Part shown: positions 25,597 to 39,599 of the stretch, in pieces | Numbering within the stretch: position 1 is the first letter of the stretch | How the letters are laid out: each line of letters begins with the position of its first letter | Assembly: GCA_017499595.2 (NCBI GenBank) | Contig: CM039006.1 | Location: forward strand, 682,001-746,000 | Source of the DNA: Psilocybe cubensis | Lineage: Eukaryota | DNA: 64,000 nucleotides | Direction of reading: 5' to 3' | Notes under the pieces: generated by a model | What the model was told of the DNA's origin: nothing | The model's database searches: none | Seen by the model: the letters and a program-made list of their open reading frames with translations, nothing else | Made by a program: the position numbers and the translations under genes

Positions 25597-27161
25597 CTAT
25601 TTAAGAGCAATTTTTCCTGGAAGAAGTCTCTTAAAGAATGTGGATGGAATAGACCAAAGTCTAAACATAAAATAACGCACTTTTGGCACATAACGTTCCC
25701 CAAATTCTGTTGCGCAGAATCGGCGAAGCAATCTTGTGTACCAAGGCACAGGCGTTGCTCTATATCCTTTCCATCTCTCTATAAACACCGGTGGGAGGTT
25801 CTTCCACCTATCATAATCGTCGTATTCCGTGATGTAGTCTCTGTCATGGGTTGGATGAATGTGAGCTGCCAAATCAGCCTCCGAAAGTTCTGCGACTCGG
25901 TCTTCAAAAAATCGCAACGCCTCTGCTGCAGTGAATCGGCGTTTGAGGTTTCTGTGGGTCATCATATCGAGAAGTGGTGCAAGAAGTGGGAGTCGATCGG
26001 TGATGTGCTAAATAATCAATGTTAGAAATGTAAGAAGGACAAAAGAAAGCACTCACATGATACTTCCAAGAAATAAAGACACCCATACCACCGACATCGA
26101 GTACGAAAGGGTTGTAGTCGAATTCTCCGGACGAAGTATCATTGCTCTAGTTGAACGAACCATAGGATCTCTCAGCAGGTAGTCGAAAGTCATTTATGTC
26201 TGTTCCAGGCGGCGGTATAATGGAAAGGTCAAAGTCAAACAAGGCATACAGCAAGCGCTTCTCTGCGCGGAGGTGACCGCGCCTGGGTATCCCTATGCAG
26301 TCATCGGTGATGTGATTTACGAGTAAATTTCCAGCGTGAATGTCCTACACAAGGATACAGACATTAAAAAGACATATAACGATGAAGCGAAGAGAAGCAA
26401 ACCCCGTGGACGATATTATTAGCATGCAAGTAATGGAGACCCTATAATATCAATCAGATATAGATATGGACTAAATAACAGCCATACTTTGAGCAGTGAA
26501 TGTACAATAAAAACAATTTCATGGATGTATTCAGGCTCGGGTCTGTCAATATACACTGCCCATCTTTTCGATGATAATTAGTGCTGCAATGGATGGGTAA
26601 ATTAGCAATTTCTTACCGAGGCATTACCGCAAACCAAAAGGCGCCGTTTGGTATCAATTCCAGAACCGGAATTATACTATTTTCTCTGAGTGTGTCCAGG
26701 CTTTGTTCATGTAGAAACCGCAAAATACGATATTCGTCGGTGTCCGCGTGCACAATCTTGACTGCAACATGTCGGCCTAATACATCTTGCGCGAACCCAA
26801 CCTTCCCCTTTCATAAGGAGTGATGTTAGCCACCGTGTACACTAGTGCTTATTGCTCAAAGACTTACGGTCATGTCCTGTGCTCGGAGCGGCATACCAGG
26901 CTGACTGGGGTCTTCATCTGTATCAAAGTGTGGGTAGGGATACACAGCCTCACCACAATTTGCCTGGGGAGCAATGGCTGGTATGGATGTATCTCGTATT
27001 TGCAAAACCTCTTCCAAGTCCCAGCAACGCTCGTACAGGGTATATCCACGTGCTTTGAACCATTCTCGAGCTTCGGGGGACGACCAGAATGTGAGCCGTT
27101 TCTCACCATGGTATAAACCTAGGCCTGGTTCAAAGTAAAAGGTTACATGGAGTAGGTCCAT
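25597..27161 (-). CDS. Agaricomycete-specific protein kinase (AgaK1-like)
   Basis: FAQDVLGRHVAVKIV, ILRFLHEQ, FAVMPRW, GLHYLHANNIVHGDIHAGNLL, YALFDFDLS, YNPFVLDVGGMG and LAPLLDMMTH...RRFTAAEALRFF across GT-AG introns. Confidence 0.85.
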
Positions 27162-28073
27162 CTGCAATGACTGTAGAGTCAGAACGAGAAGACCATTATA
27201 AAAGTTCAACATCAGGTTTTGGTAATGTCAGGTTGTCATACTATCATTGACCAGTCGTTCGGTTTGACCACTGATTCGGTTTACTCACCTTCCCGTGCTC
27301 CGTTTCTTCTGAAAATTAAAATTTAAGCTTTAGTGTATGGTTTATACATAATCCTGCCTTTTTCTTGACCAGAAACGATGCAGAAATGCAAAACGAATGA
27401 GTGTTAGAAATTGATCGTTTTGCAACGCCGACAATGCCATCAAAACGAAGGAAAGGGCGGCATGTCGGCGCATCGCGTTTCACGTGCAATCAACATATTC
27501 CCCGCGATTGTGTCCGCACGGAAATTGCCGCTGAATACCACATATACTCACTGTATTCATAATCTTACAGTCTTTTTGGGGAGGCTGCACCCACCAGTCT
27601 AGTCCGGAGAGCACTCCCTAAGTTATGAGATCTCAGACCTAATCCGACCCAATTACTATGACATCACAAGTTACCACGGTGGGGTCAGCACCCGGGCGGA
27701 CCTATCAAAGAGCTGTCTTTTTAACTCGCCTTCGATGGCGGTTATCTATCTCTTTCTCCGATAACAGAAGGATAGCCAACATATATCTAGACATCAAAAA
27801 GTGGCGCTCCCGATCGACACTCGCAATCCAACCGCTTTAATCTATTTCTATACTTTGACGTATTCGACTTATCTTTTCCAAGGTCAGAGATGCCTACGCA
27901 TTAGCTGTATTGACTTCAAGGACACATGTTCATAGTGTGGGACAGCCTGAGGTCACAGATGTAAGTCTTCTATTTTAATTTTTTTTGGAAACTCGCAATT
28001 CAGTGTTCACATATAAACCGCGGGTGTAAATCTTCAACTCGCTTTCACTCCTCCACGTCACCTAACTGCAATC

Positions 28074-30229
28074 ATGCCAGAATCTACAACACTGGTGTAT
28101 GCCTTTATGGGCATGTTCGGACTCAAGATGTTTATTGATTATATCAATCGTTCTGTATCCCGTGGTCCATACCCTCCTGGTCCACCTCCCAAGCCACTGG
28201 TGGGAAATGCATTTGACTTCCCTAAAACATGGCCCGCCGATGGCTATATTGAATGGGGCAAGAAATACAATAGTTTGTTGTACTCCACATTTGCAACGTC
28301 TCGACACATTGACGCAGCCTTTGCCGTTAAGGTACCTTGGTATCTGCAGAGGCTCTGGGAAACCGTATTGTTGTCGTCAACAAGAGAGAAGATGCCATTG
28401 AGTTATTCGAAAGAAGGGCTAAATTCTACTCTGATAGACCCTATATCCCAATCTTGAATCGGTAAGAGGTACCACATTCTATTTAATAAAACTACATTAA
28501 CTTAAATATATCAAGAATGCGGTGGTATCACAACACTGGCCTCTTAAGATATGGAGATAAATGGAGGCAACACCGAAAAATTTCCCAGGAGAATTTTAAC
28601 CTGAAAGCGTCTCAGCAGTATCATAATATCTGGACAAACAAAGTGATCCAATTGCTTCGAGCTCTGTGCAACACCCCAAAGGACTTTGATGCTCACAATA
28701 AAATGAAGGTGGACTTCTTATCTGCATCTATCCCGCTTTAATAAAGCCTAACTTCCAGGTTTTCAATATCCCTTACGATGGAAATGATGTATGGGATCGA
28801 AATAAAATCGACTGATGAGCCTTGCATATCTCTAGCGGACAAGGCTATGAAGCTTGGGATGGACTTGCTTATGCCAGGCCGTAGCCTAGCTAATATTTTC
28901 CCTATTCTTCGGCATGTTCCAGGTTGGTTTCCCGGTGCCACTTCATTAAAAAAGGCGGACCTGGTTGGCCGTATGACAGAGGAGGTGATCAGGATTCCAG
29001 TGGATCAAGTAAAGGCAAATTTCGTGAGTCCTATCACATTAATCAAAACAAATTTACCCTAGAATTCCTGTGAGCAGGAAGAAGGGAAGGTCACACCGTC
29101 ATTTTTTACAAACTTCATTGAGAAAAAGCAAACACTCGGCGCTTCAGAGGAAGAGGAAGAAATGGTACACAATATTGCGTACACTGTCTTTGGCGGTTAG
29201 TCCCTGGCATCCGAAAGAATTTCTGTACTGAATGTGTCTAAATTTTCGCAGCTGCATCAGATACGGTGGGCTTATCCGTCATTGATTTCCAATGTTACAC
29301 TGAGCTTGTGTCATAGACAATATCGTCTACTGGTTCATTTTTCTACTTCATGGTAGTTAACCCTGATGTACAAAGGAAGGCGCAGGAAGAGATCGACGGT
29401 CTGACAGGCTCCAAACGGCTTCCTACGCTGGAGGATCGGCAGTCACTACCATTCGTTGAGGCCATATATCGTGAAGTCATGAGAATGAGCCCTCCATTGC
29501 CTGTCGGTATAGCGCATCGCGTCACCAAGGATGATTACTACAAGGGATATTTGATTCCGGAAGGTACGCGCAGTACCTTTGACATCTACATCTCATATTC
29601 ACGTTTATTCGCTCAGGAGCGAGTGTATTTGCAAATATCTGGTTTGTTGTGCGACCATATTCTCATTTAATACTATAGAATAACTCCTTTCATAGGGCAA
29701 TGACGCATGATGAAGAAGACTATCCTGAACCATATACTTTCAAACCAGAAAGATTTTTCGATGAAAACGGAAAGTTGAATGACGATGACCGTGTTTTAGC
29801 ATTTGGGTTCGGCCGTCGGTGAGATAGGAATAGTGTATGTGATACGCATTGGCAGCAAGCCTAATTCTCGTGTCATTCCAGGATTTGCGTTGGCAAACAC
29901 ATCGCGAGCTCAACTGTAAGAGGCTTTCATACTGGATCATCTTCAAAAGGCAACCATTGACATTTAACTACCATAGTTATGGCTTATGATGGTCTCGGTT
30001 CTTGCTTGTTTCAACATCGTTAAAGCCAAAGACGCAAATGGGAATGAAATTGATATCAACAATGAGATTGAAGATTTGGGTCTAATACAGTACGTATTTG
30101 TCAACAAATATGATCCTGACTATGACGACTTACCTCTGTCATCACCGGCTCAGACAGAAGGCCAAGTTTGAGTGTTCATTTGAAGTTCGAACTCCTGCGG
30201 CAAGGAGTTTGATTATGGATGGCAACTGA
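28074..30229 (+). CDS. Cytochrome P450 (CYP64-clan / CYP5144-like), with one anomalous splice donor
   Basis: PPGPPPKPLVGN, YSDRP, I-helix (G)AASDT over micro-exons, EVMR (ExxR), KPERF and heme motif FGFGRRICVG. Intron 3 needs a phase-2 donor that reads GA instead of GT. Confidence 0.9.
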
Positions 30230-30635
30230 AAACTAATTAAGGATGGATTTCAATTTCTTTATTTTAAACTGTTCGATGAGACAATGTCCTCAAATACACG
30301 GATTTACCTGCATTCAACAATTGTATTTAAAGTTCCGCCGTTGGTGCAGAAAGACGTCGTTGAAGTGCTGATGGACAGAGCTAGTTAATGTTGATTCTCA
30401 TTTTGAGATATGAAAACATTTGATAAGTACCACGCAAACGATAATTAGTAAAAAAATGAAAAGTACAAAAAACAACAGACAGGTCGTGAGCTACAACAAA
30501 CAAAATTGAAATATTCACCACAAAATGTAAAACATTCTCCGGAAATGAGGCCATGTTTTTTTTTACTGTTTTGAATGAGACGGTGGCGTCCAGTCAAAGA
30601 AAAGAGGAGGCATGCAGAATTATACATGTAGTCGT

Positions 30636-33600
30636 TCACGAGATGATTCTCCGCCCTCCGCCCCCACCCCTCCGATTACCCTTAGGATTGCGACGGCGCA
30701 CTCGTTTGTTGTCGTTTCCATCGTCCATGTCGTATGATGAATCCCGGGGATGTCCGTTGTCCAGATCATCGTGGTCTCTCTTGGACGGCACAAGTCTGTC
30801 CCTCAAAGACGGCTGAGTATTGTCTTCCGAAATACGATCCAACAATGTCGGTCTATTGGGCTCCGGACGGTCCTTGAAATCATCCACAGGCATCCCAGAA
30901 TCGGACGGAGCAGTGTTATTGCTCGAGCTACCACCACCACGGAGATCGTTATCAGCTCCAGTAGTAGTCGCCGAACCGCCTGGGTATTTGCGCAATCGGG
31001 GAGGCCTCTCGGAGCTCATGCGCCGTGCAAGCGCCGGCGGAGAATTTGCACGCACAGACGTTGGAGGTTGCTCGTTTGGCTGCTCGTTTGACTGCTTGAC
31101 TTCAGGGCCCCATCTGGTAGGTCCTCGCTCTCGATTCTGGCGTTGCTGATCATGCCTAGGCTCTTTTGGCGGCTCATTTGGCGCTGGGATCTCGACAGGT
31201 GGATCGGCCTTAGAGGGTTCGCTACGTGGAGGTATATTGGGACTATGGTACTGTGCACCTTTGCTGTACGAGTCAGAGGGACCTCGAGGTCGATTATCTG
31301 AGCGATTATCTGGGCGACTGTCGTACAAGTCTCGAGCAGGAGGGCGAGGAGGTAGATGATCCGAAGTCACAGACATAGCTGATGGTTCTCTTGACAAGGG
31401 CGGAGATGTAGCCTGGTTGCCAAATGCATAGTCCTGCGATGGCCGCTAAAACAAACTTGATAAGTGGGTCACATAACATACAACGACAGCGACGTACTTG
31501 TTCATTAACAGAGATTCGGCTCTGCGCTGCTCTCGTAGCAGCTTCTTCTTTCGCTTTATAAAACTGCCTCCGACGCTCGTCAGTAAGACGAGTATCTGGA
31601 TCTTCGACGTAATCGCCACCGCGTATCTGTAGGTACACGTAATTGAGATATGAAGGAGAATGATAGAGCACAAAATACTTACAGATCCCATGTTACCCGT
31701 GGATTCTCGACGACGCAAATCGTGCGGAGGTGGAGGTCGTGCGTCGGGATTATATGGCGGCTTCATCTCAGACATAGGCTGAGAAGCAGGGCCAGAAGGG
31801 GGCGGTTGCGCATACCCCGGAGGACCAGGCCGCCTTGTACCTATTGGAACATTGTTGGTGCCAGATACAGGCCCGCCTGAAAGATGTCTTGGTGGAGGTG
31901 CATCGATAGACCTGTTAGGCATATCGCGCCTTGGCTACAGAACAACATTTAATCATGTACTACAAAGATACAAAATAAAGGACCTTACAGGAATCATATT
32001 TCTGTCGGGATACGCATTACCAGGTCGGTTATCTTTCCACTGTGTTCGGCCGTCACGTTGGTTATCCTGGTCTCGCCGATCGTTGAAAGAATTTCTGTCA
32101 CTGAAAGCGCTTTGATATACTGGAACAGGGCCCTGTCTATTATCAGATCGAACATCTCCTCTGGGAATAGGGATGGATGGGGGTGGCTGCCTGAGAGCAT
32201 TACCAGGTCCATGCCTGGGAGGTGATGGATCTCTGCGTTCCCGACGATAGGAATCAGATGGACCAGAGTACTCCTTCGATTCAAATGTCGAAGCAGGCGG
32301 ATAGTTGGATGGTTTCGCTCTGTCGTACTCGTTGGCCATGTTGTTGCTTTGGGGAGGACCTGCCCGATGAGGTGGATCACGAATGTTGGGTGTTTGCCGT
32401 TCCGATCTTGGCCCAGGTGGTCGATATGGAACATCAGATGCTCCTTGCAATGCTCGTTCATTATCATAACGAGGCTGCTTGGGGAGCGTGGGATCTCCAT
32501 TCGCCCAACCAGGTCTATATGGAAATTTATCATGTTCGTGGCCAGGCACGATAGATGTTGTGAATGACTGGTTTTGAGGAGGCAGCGGTGCCCTGCGGTG
32601 ATCTATTCAAAAGAACCAGAAGAGAAGAACATGAGATTCGCGTGGACAACCTTCGAATAGAGGTATCGCAATGGGTCTTGAAAAAGGCACGTACGCGGCG
32701 GTTCCTCTGGCCGAGCCTGAGCCTGACTATAATCATCAGTGAATCGTTTAGCCCTGTCAACTGACATGCGATTAGGTTCTCCAACAGGGTATGAATTAGG
32801 AGGGGGCGGCCTGATCGTCGGCACATCAGGCATTGGATCACGACGAGATCTTTCTGGCTCCATATCTCTTGCCCTTTCTTCGCGATGTCGGGGTTGATCG
32901 AAGTTGGCCGGCGGGTCGTAGTTTCGGGGTCGTCCTGCATACTGCTCATTGCCGCGATGAGATGGGCCACCTCCTACGGGAGGTGGTGGTCCAGTAGGAC
33001 CTGACTGTTCGAAGCGAGACAGCCTATCTCTGTCTCGTCTTGTTTGCGATGGAGGTCCTGCATATGGTCCAGTATCTGAAGGTGGTGGTCCGAAATTGCG
33101 CGCCGACTCCCTTTCTCTTTCGTGTAGGCGCGGAGGTGATCTATATCCTGTAGTACCAGAAAGAAAAGAGGATGGAAAAGGTGGTAAGAATGGTGGTTGA
33201 GAGATGAGTAGTAGAAGGCGAAGAAAAGGTAAGAAAACAAGAGAATAGATAGACAGAGATAGATAGATCCACAAGGAATCGTCTGCAATGTGGTTGGAGA
33301 TAATGAAGGCGCAGCAGACGGAAGTTTGTGGGAGAGTAAAGCTGGCAGCGGCATCGAAAAACCGTCCTCTTTCAAAGTAGCAAAGAATAGCACATGACTC
33401 CATGCATGCGTCGAACGTATACACATCTTGGTGTACGAGCATGGGATGGGAGGATGGTAGGAGGCTGACAACGTACTGGGTGCAGATATGTAATTTTGAC
33501 TTTCGCTTGGTTTGTCTCGTCTATTGTCGGAAGGGCGGGGTGGCGGCGACGGTTCGCGGTCGCGCAAATCACGATCTCTGGGACCGCGACTGCTTTCTCT

Positions 33601-35001
33601 CCTCCTCAATGACGGTCTGTTCCTGTTGTCAGAAGAACGCGGTTCTCGCATGTAATCATCCTCGTCACGATGAGGGGGTCTACGAGGGTTACGCTCGCCT
33701 CTAGAAAAATCGGAGACGGGTGCATTAGACGAAGATTCCCAACGGCGATTGGGAAACTCGGGCTGAGACGGCATGGCGTCAATCTCCCTGTGAGAGACGT
33801 GATCTGGGTTAGTGTTAACATTCCTGTCACGGACAGAGCGACCGTTTCCGCGAGGAGGCGAGTAATCTCGCTCGTTAGCAGGGCCACGAGGGCCACGAGG
33901 TTCAGGCTGCGGAGACATTGACCTTGGGCGCCTCCGATGGCGAGATGGCGAAGGCGATTTATCATATCGTGATCGCACATGAGAACGCAAAGCTGAACCA
34001 TCTAACCGTTCTGGGACCTTGATTTCAAGAGCAGCAGAGGCAGGATCAGCGCCCCCTGGTCGGTAATGTCGATCTTCATAGGAAAGACCATCGGGGTCAG
34101 ACGGCGCAGGATTTGCATGATCTTCCTTTTCCTGTGGTTGGTGGGGCAGTTGTTGCCTTGGGCGTGAATTCTGCGAGTGATGGTTATTAGAGTCAGGCGA
34201 AGTCAAATTCATGTGACCAGAAGACGCGCTGGGGCGACGGCGCCTCTGGTATCCCCCATGAGAAGAGGTGGAAGGGATTTTGCTCACGGGAAAGTCCCAA
34301 GTCGTCTCTTCCGTCTCTGGATGATAATAGTAAATATGTCCACCGTGCCTTGAGTGTCGCTTCTCCCAACCGGGTGGGAGCTCCGATTGCATTGGCGAAC
34401 GAGATCTTGCATGGGACCCATTCAACTTTTTTGGATCGCGCATATTTGATCTGCTTGGCGGAGACATAGAAGTTGATGCCATACCGATTGCCTCGACCAT
34501 AGACGGATGGGAAGGAGGCAAATAAGGCACTTGTGCCAGAGCTGGTTTTGGTGGGAGGGCATGGGTGATGCGGTTGCCATTCTGGTGAGGTCGTGGAGAA
34601 GACTGGTTGGCCGAGCGGCGCTGACTTGGGGATGACTCTGCAGGCCTATAAGAGTCCCGGCTGGACGAGGTTCCACGATATTCATCCTCCCTGGAGACGT
34701 CGCGATACCGAAAGTCTCGATGGCTATTAGCGCCCGAGTCATCTGAACGCCGCTGAGAGGAGGGCGGTCTGTCCGAGATTTCCGACGCTAGAGGCGTATC
34801 GTGGGCGCTCCTAGGCGCGTCCTGAGGTTGGTTGTAGTATATCGGTTCATCTTCATCCTCTCCTAGAGAAACAGTGTCCTCGATATCGTCCTGGTCTGCA
34901 AAGTCTCTGCGGCTGCTCTGGTCAAAAGAAGCCTTTCTGAGTACTGCCTGCTGTTCTTCATCTTCCTGGCCCCAGTCGAGAGTTTCGTTGTCTTCTTCCA
35001 T
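30636..35001 (-). CDS. Large low-complexity R/P/S/D-rich protein with a WW domain
   Basis: Start MEEDNETLDWG; WW domain LPPGWEKRHSRHGGHIYYYHPETEETTWDFP. Multiple GT-AG introns link the ORFs to a C-terminal PTLLDRI...PSLRDRL...RRGGGGGRRIIS*. Confidence 0.8.
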
Positions 35002-35246
35002 GGAGAACGAGCAGCAAAGGGGAGTAAAAGTTGTTAAAAAGAACTGCGCCACTCGAGACCTGTCGTTTTCTGCAAACGCAATTTGAAGCTCAGCCGTTGT
35101 GTATTTTAAACTCCGAAGCCATCCTGGGCTCACCACTATCACGTTCCCTACTACACCTTTACTTGATTTCCTACACTGCCTCACCCTACGAAGCGCTTTG
35201 GAACGCCACACTGGCCTTATTTCGACGACAAAACTCGAATGCACGT

Positions 35247-36386
35247 ATGATGCTTCCCACTGCAGCGCCTCATTCATCACCACTACCTGAACGCTCTGCC
35301 AATGTATCATCACTACGGGTTCCTGTCATTTTCAGGCGTTTGCATCGCCTGCAGCAAATGGTACGCCTAGAGAAGCAATAAAGATGCTAACTGATGTCAT
35401 TAAAGTCACTCTAGGACTTTGAGGTTGCTGCATGGCAGCTAACGTACCTGTGTCTCGCTCCCCGAAGAGTGTAGGTGTCGTCACACGTGTAATCATCCGC
35501 TTTTTTCTAACATATCTGTTTTCAGATATAGGAACGTGTATTTTCATAAACGTATGGCATGTAGTGGATGAATCTTTTCTTGTCTGACTTGACGACATCT
35601 AGAAACAAAAAATACTTGGGCTCGGGACGATCCTGCTATATTGGTTCTAATCGGAGCTTGCCTATGTGGTAAGTCGCGAAATCTCTTGTGTAAAACCGGG
35701 ACATTCGCGGACTGACTCACGATATCTAGTGTCTGCTATACTTTGGGGGGTTGTATACTCGTATAATATAAAAGATATGCTCGGCATTGCGTTGCTTATG
35801 ATCTTCAGGGATTTCCTGTTGTCGGGTGTGGTCGTGGCCAGCATTTTATGGTAAACCTACTGCCATGAATTCTGCATGCTCAACTGATTTTGCTTTTCCA
35901 AGGTTTACTGCAAATCGCCTTTTGCTATCACCACCCTCGCACTCGACCCCCGCCGACTCAAAAGTGGAATGGGCGTACGCCTTTGACGTCCATACAAATG
36001 CTTTCTTCCCTCTCTACCTCACTCTTTACCTGGCACAGCTGTTCCTACTCCCAGTAATTCTAAAGGATAATTGGGTGTGTCTATGGGTGGGAAATACATT
36101 ATACCTCGCTGCGTATGACCATTCCCTCAATGACGTATGCGAGTAACTAACAACTCGTTCTCGCAGTTTCACGCAGTACACATATGGTATCTATCTGGGC
36201 CTGACCGGTACGTTTTACGCAAGCGATAGCATTTGGATGTTGATATACCCTTCTTTAATAGCGCTGCCCTTCCTAGTCCGCTCTGAGCTGTTGCTTTCTC
36301 CTCTTCTGCCTCTGTTTACTGCCTATGTGCTTTCACTGCTGGGATTCAATGTCGCCCAACATGTACTCCACGCGTACTTCCGATGA
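35247..36386 (+). CDS. GMH1: UNC-50/Gmh1 family Golgi membrane protein
   Basis: FRRLHRLQQMDFEVAAWQLTYLCLAPRRVYRNVYFHKQTKNTWARDDPA, VEWAYAFDVHTNAFFP and GLTALPFL. Confidence 0.92.
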
Positions 36387-36860
36387 CATGAGATAGTGCA
36401 TCCTGTAATTTATACCTGGAATCCATAATCATGTCTATAGAATGCTATTACAAGGTTGAGAAAGTAATGGCGGTGCTGAGGCTGTTGTTGTTCTATCTTA
36501 TTTACTTCGAGTGATCGCCATCCGATAATAGACTGTCACAGCGCCACGATAGGCGCTTTGCGAAGTAGGGCATCTGCAGCTCGTCGCCGTCTATTCTCTG
36601 GGCACGACGAAGAAAATCGTCGAGCTGCCAAGGATTTGAACGCAAATTGAGAGCACACACGCGGGGAGCAAAGTGCAGACGGTAACTGGAAATCTCCAAT
36701 CACAGAATCAGATCGGTTCTTGTAATACAGTTGCTCCTGTCACACCCTCCTTTTACTCTGACATCTCCTCATTTTGGGGAATATTCTCTTCCTACCTTTC
36801 TTTTCCTCGCTTTTTACACAACCTACAGTCTGCCCTTAAATCAGAGGAAAGGCAGCTTCC

Positions 36861-39599
36861 ATGAGTACACATATCGAGCGAGCGATAGAGAAGATCCAGG
36901 TCAAGGAACCACTGCCTGCTATCGACTTTACGCAACACACTCTCGAGGACGGCAATGTAATTAGCACCCAGGAGAGAGTGGTCAAGGATGTACGTCTTCT
37001 GTCGACTCATACCCCTAAGTCCATCCCTGAGCGCATCCCACTCGTGTCCATCCAGGTCCAAGCCCCCGCGATGTTCAAGCCAACGCCGGAGCAGTTCTTC
37101 AATAAGCACGGGCAGGATCAGACAAAACCGGACATTGCATTCCTGAAGAACCACTTCTACAGGGAAGGGCGATTGACTGAAGATCAGGCGTTGTGGATAT
37201 TGGAAAAGGCTACCGAGATCCTCAGAAAAGAGGGCAACGTCCTGCAAGTAGACGCTCCAATCACCGGTGAGTAACCAACTTTGTCAGCCCTCCTCTTTCT
37301 CCAGTTCTCAATCATCTCCACAATCACAGTTTGTGGTGATATCCATGGCCAATATGTGCGTGTTTTCCGCCAGATCTTCTCGGGCAAGTTGCTGACCGAA
37401 CGCTGCCCCATCCCCGTCGTGTATAGTATGATTTGATGAAATTGTTCGAAGTTGGAGGAAGCCCCGCCGACACACGTTATCTCTTCTTGGGCGATTATGT
37501 TGACAGAGGGTATTTCAGCATTGAGGCACGTTTGAACCCTGAATGCTGCTCAAATTTTGTCTAATACCACCGTTCCCGCCTCATTAGTGCGTCTTGTACC
37601 TTTGGTCACTGAAGATATGGTACCCCGATTCCCTTTTCCTTCTACGCGGTAACCACGAGTGCCGTCACTTGACTGATTACTTCACGTTTAAACTTGAATG
37701 TACGATTTTCGATTTATCAGTCGTACAGACCCCTGACTTTTTTCTCTTTTTGAAGGCAAACACAAATACTCAGAACGCGTATACGATGCTTGTATGGAAT
37801 CATTCTGCGCTCTTCCCCTCGCTGCCATCATGAACAAGCAATTCCTGTGCATACACGGTGGTTTGTCTCCCGAACTCAACACCCTTGATGACCTGCGAAA
37901 CGTAAGCCCCATACTTGCTCTTTTACTTACCCTAACACCACCGACAACGATTACATCAGATTGACCGCTTCCGCGAACCACCAACTCATGGCCTGATGTG
38001 TGACATCCTCTGGGCTGATCCTGTCGAGGATTTCGGACAAGAAAGGACGACGGACAGTTTCGTCCACAACCACGTGCGAGGATGCTCGTACTTCTTTACG
38101 TTCGTCAATATTTTTATGAACCTCTCAAAACAACAATTCTGATAATTGGTTTTTGTTCCTATCACGCAGATACCATGCTGCTTGCCAATTCCTGGAGCGA
38201 AACAATCTGTTGGCTATCATTAGAGCACACGAGGCTCAAGATGCAGGGTTCGTTGAATAATCACTTCTATCTCTCTATCCGTCGGTCAGCTTCTTGTTGT
38301 TGACTTTCCTGGCACACAGATATCGCATGTATCGCAAAACAAAAACTACTGGATTCCCTTCAGTCATGACCATTTTTTCCGCGCCCAACTATCTCGACAT
38401 GTACAACAATAAAGCCGCTATACTAAAATACGAAAGCAATGTGATGAACATCCGCCAGTTTAATTGCACGCCTCATCCATATTGGCTTCCTAATTTCATG
38501 GATGTCTTTACCTGGAGTTTGCCGTTTGTCGGAGAGAAGAGTATGCTGCGATTTCAGTTTTCGGTTTCGGCTTTTCTCATCCTTTAATTCTTTAGTCATT
38601 GATATGCTGGTCGCGGTGCTTAATACTTGCACTAAGGAAGAGCTGGAAGAGGCTGACGAGGATCTCGCCATCATGTCACCCGCTGCCGCCGTGGCAGAAT
38701 CTGCTGAGCGTAGGAAGATCATCAAGAATAAGATCATGGCTGTTGGAAGAATGGCGAGAGTATTTGCTTTGCTTCGGTGCGTCATGGAATTCCTCCGATC
38801 CGTTTCCCACTTCTAATTGTTACCTGCACCCGCAATACAGTGAGGAGTCGGAGAAAGTGTCGGAACTGAAAAACGTTACTGGATCGACCAAACTTCCGTA
38901 CGGTACTCTCGCTTCAGGAAGCGAAGGAATCAGAGAGGCTATTTCCGGATTTGATGACGCGTAAGTGGACTGCTTCAATTATTTTTAATCTGCTTTTTTC
39001 ATCTGAATCGCATCGATATCTTTTATAGTCGCAAATCGGATATTGAGAACGAACGCTTACCTCCTGAGCTTCTCGATCCTGATTCTGAAGAAGGCAGGGC
39101 GATCCTTTCCTCTCAACCAACCACGCCCTCCGAGAACGGCGCCCAACCCGGACCAATCTCGCCCAACGGAGTCAAAGAAGGTTTGGAGAAAGCTATTGCA
39201 TCTGGCCGTGGTTCTCCTGGCCCCGGCGGTGTGCCCCTGTCGCGCATCAGCACCTCGTCAGGCTCGCCTTCGCCGACACCGGGTAGCCCGATATCCCCGT
39301 CGCCTGGTGGGTTCAAGCGCGGCCACAGCAGACAGGCTAGCTTGGGCACGACGATGACGAGCCCGAGTACTCGACGAAGGAGCCTTGAGAGCACGATGTC
39401 GCTCATCCAGAATGTGTTGGATGGCAAGGGTAGTAGCAGGATTGAGGAGGACGAGGCTGTTGATAACCTGGCAAGCAGGCTTGCGGGCTCTTCAGTGGGG
39501 ACCAATAACGGTACCGGCAACAACACTGGCACTGGCAATAGCAACAGCAACAGCAACAACAACAATGGCAGCTATACATCCCGCCCGTCAGGTCGTTGA
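36861..39599 (+). CDS. CNA1: Calcineurin catalytic subunit A (PP2B)
   Basis: [39 protein letters not shown], CnB-binding [15 protein letters not shown], CaM-binding [19 protein letters not shown] and autoinhibitory DIENERLPP. Confidence 0.98.
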
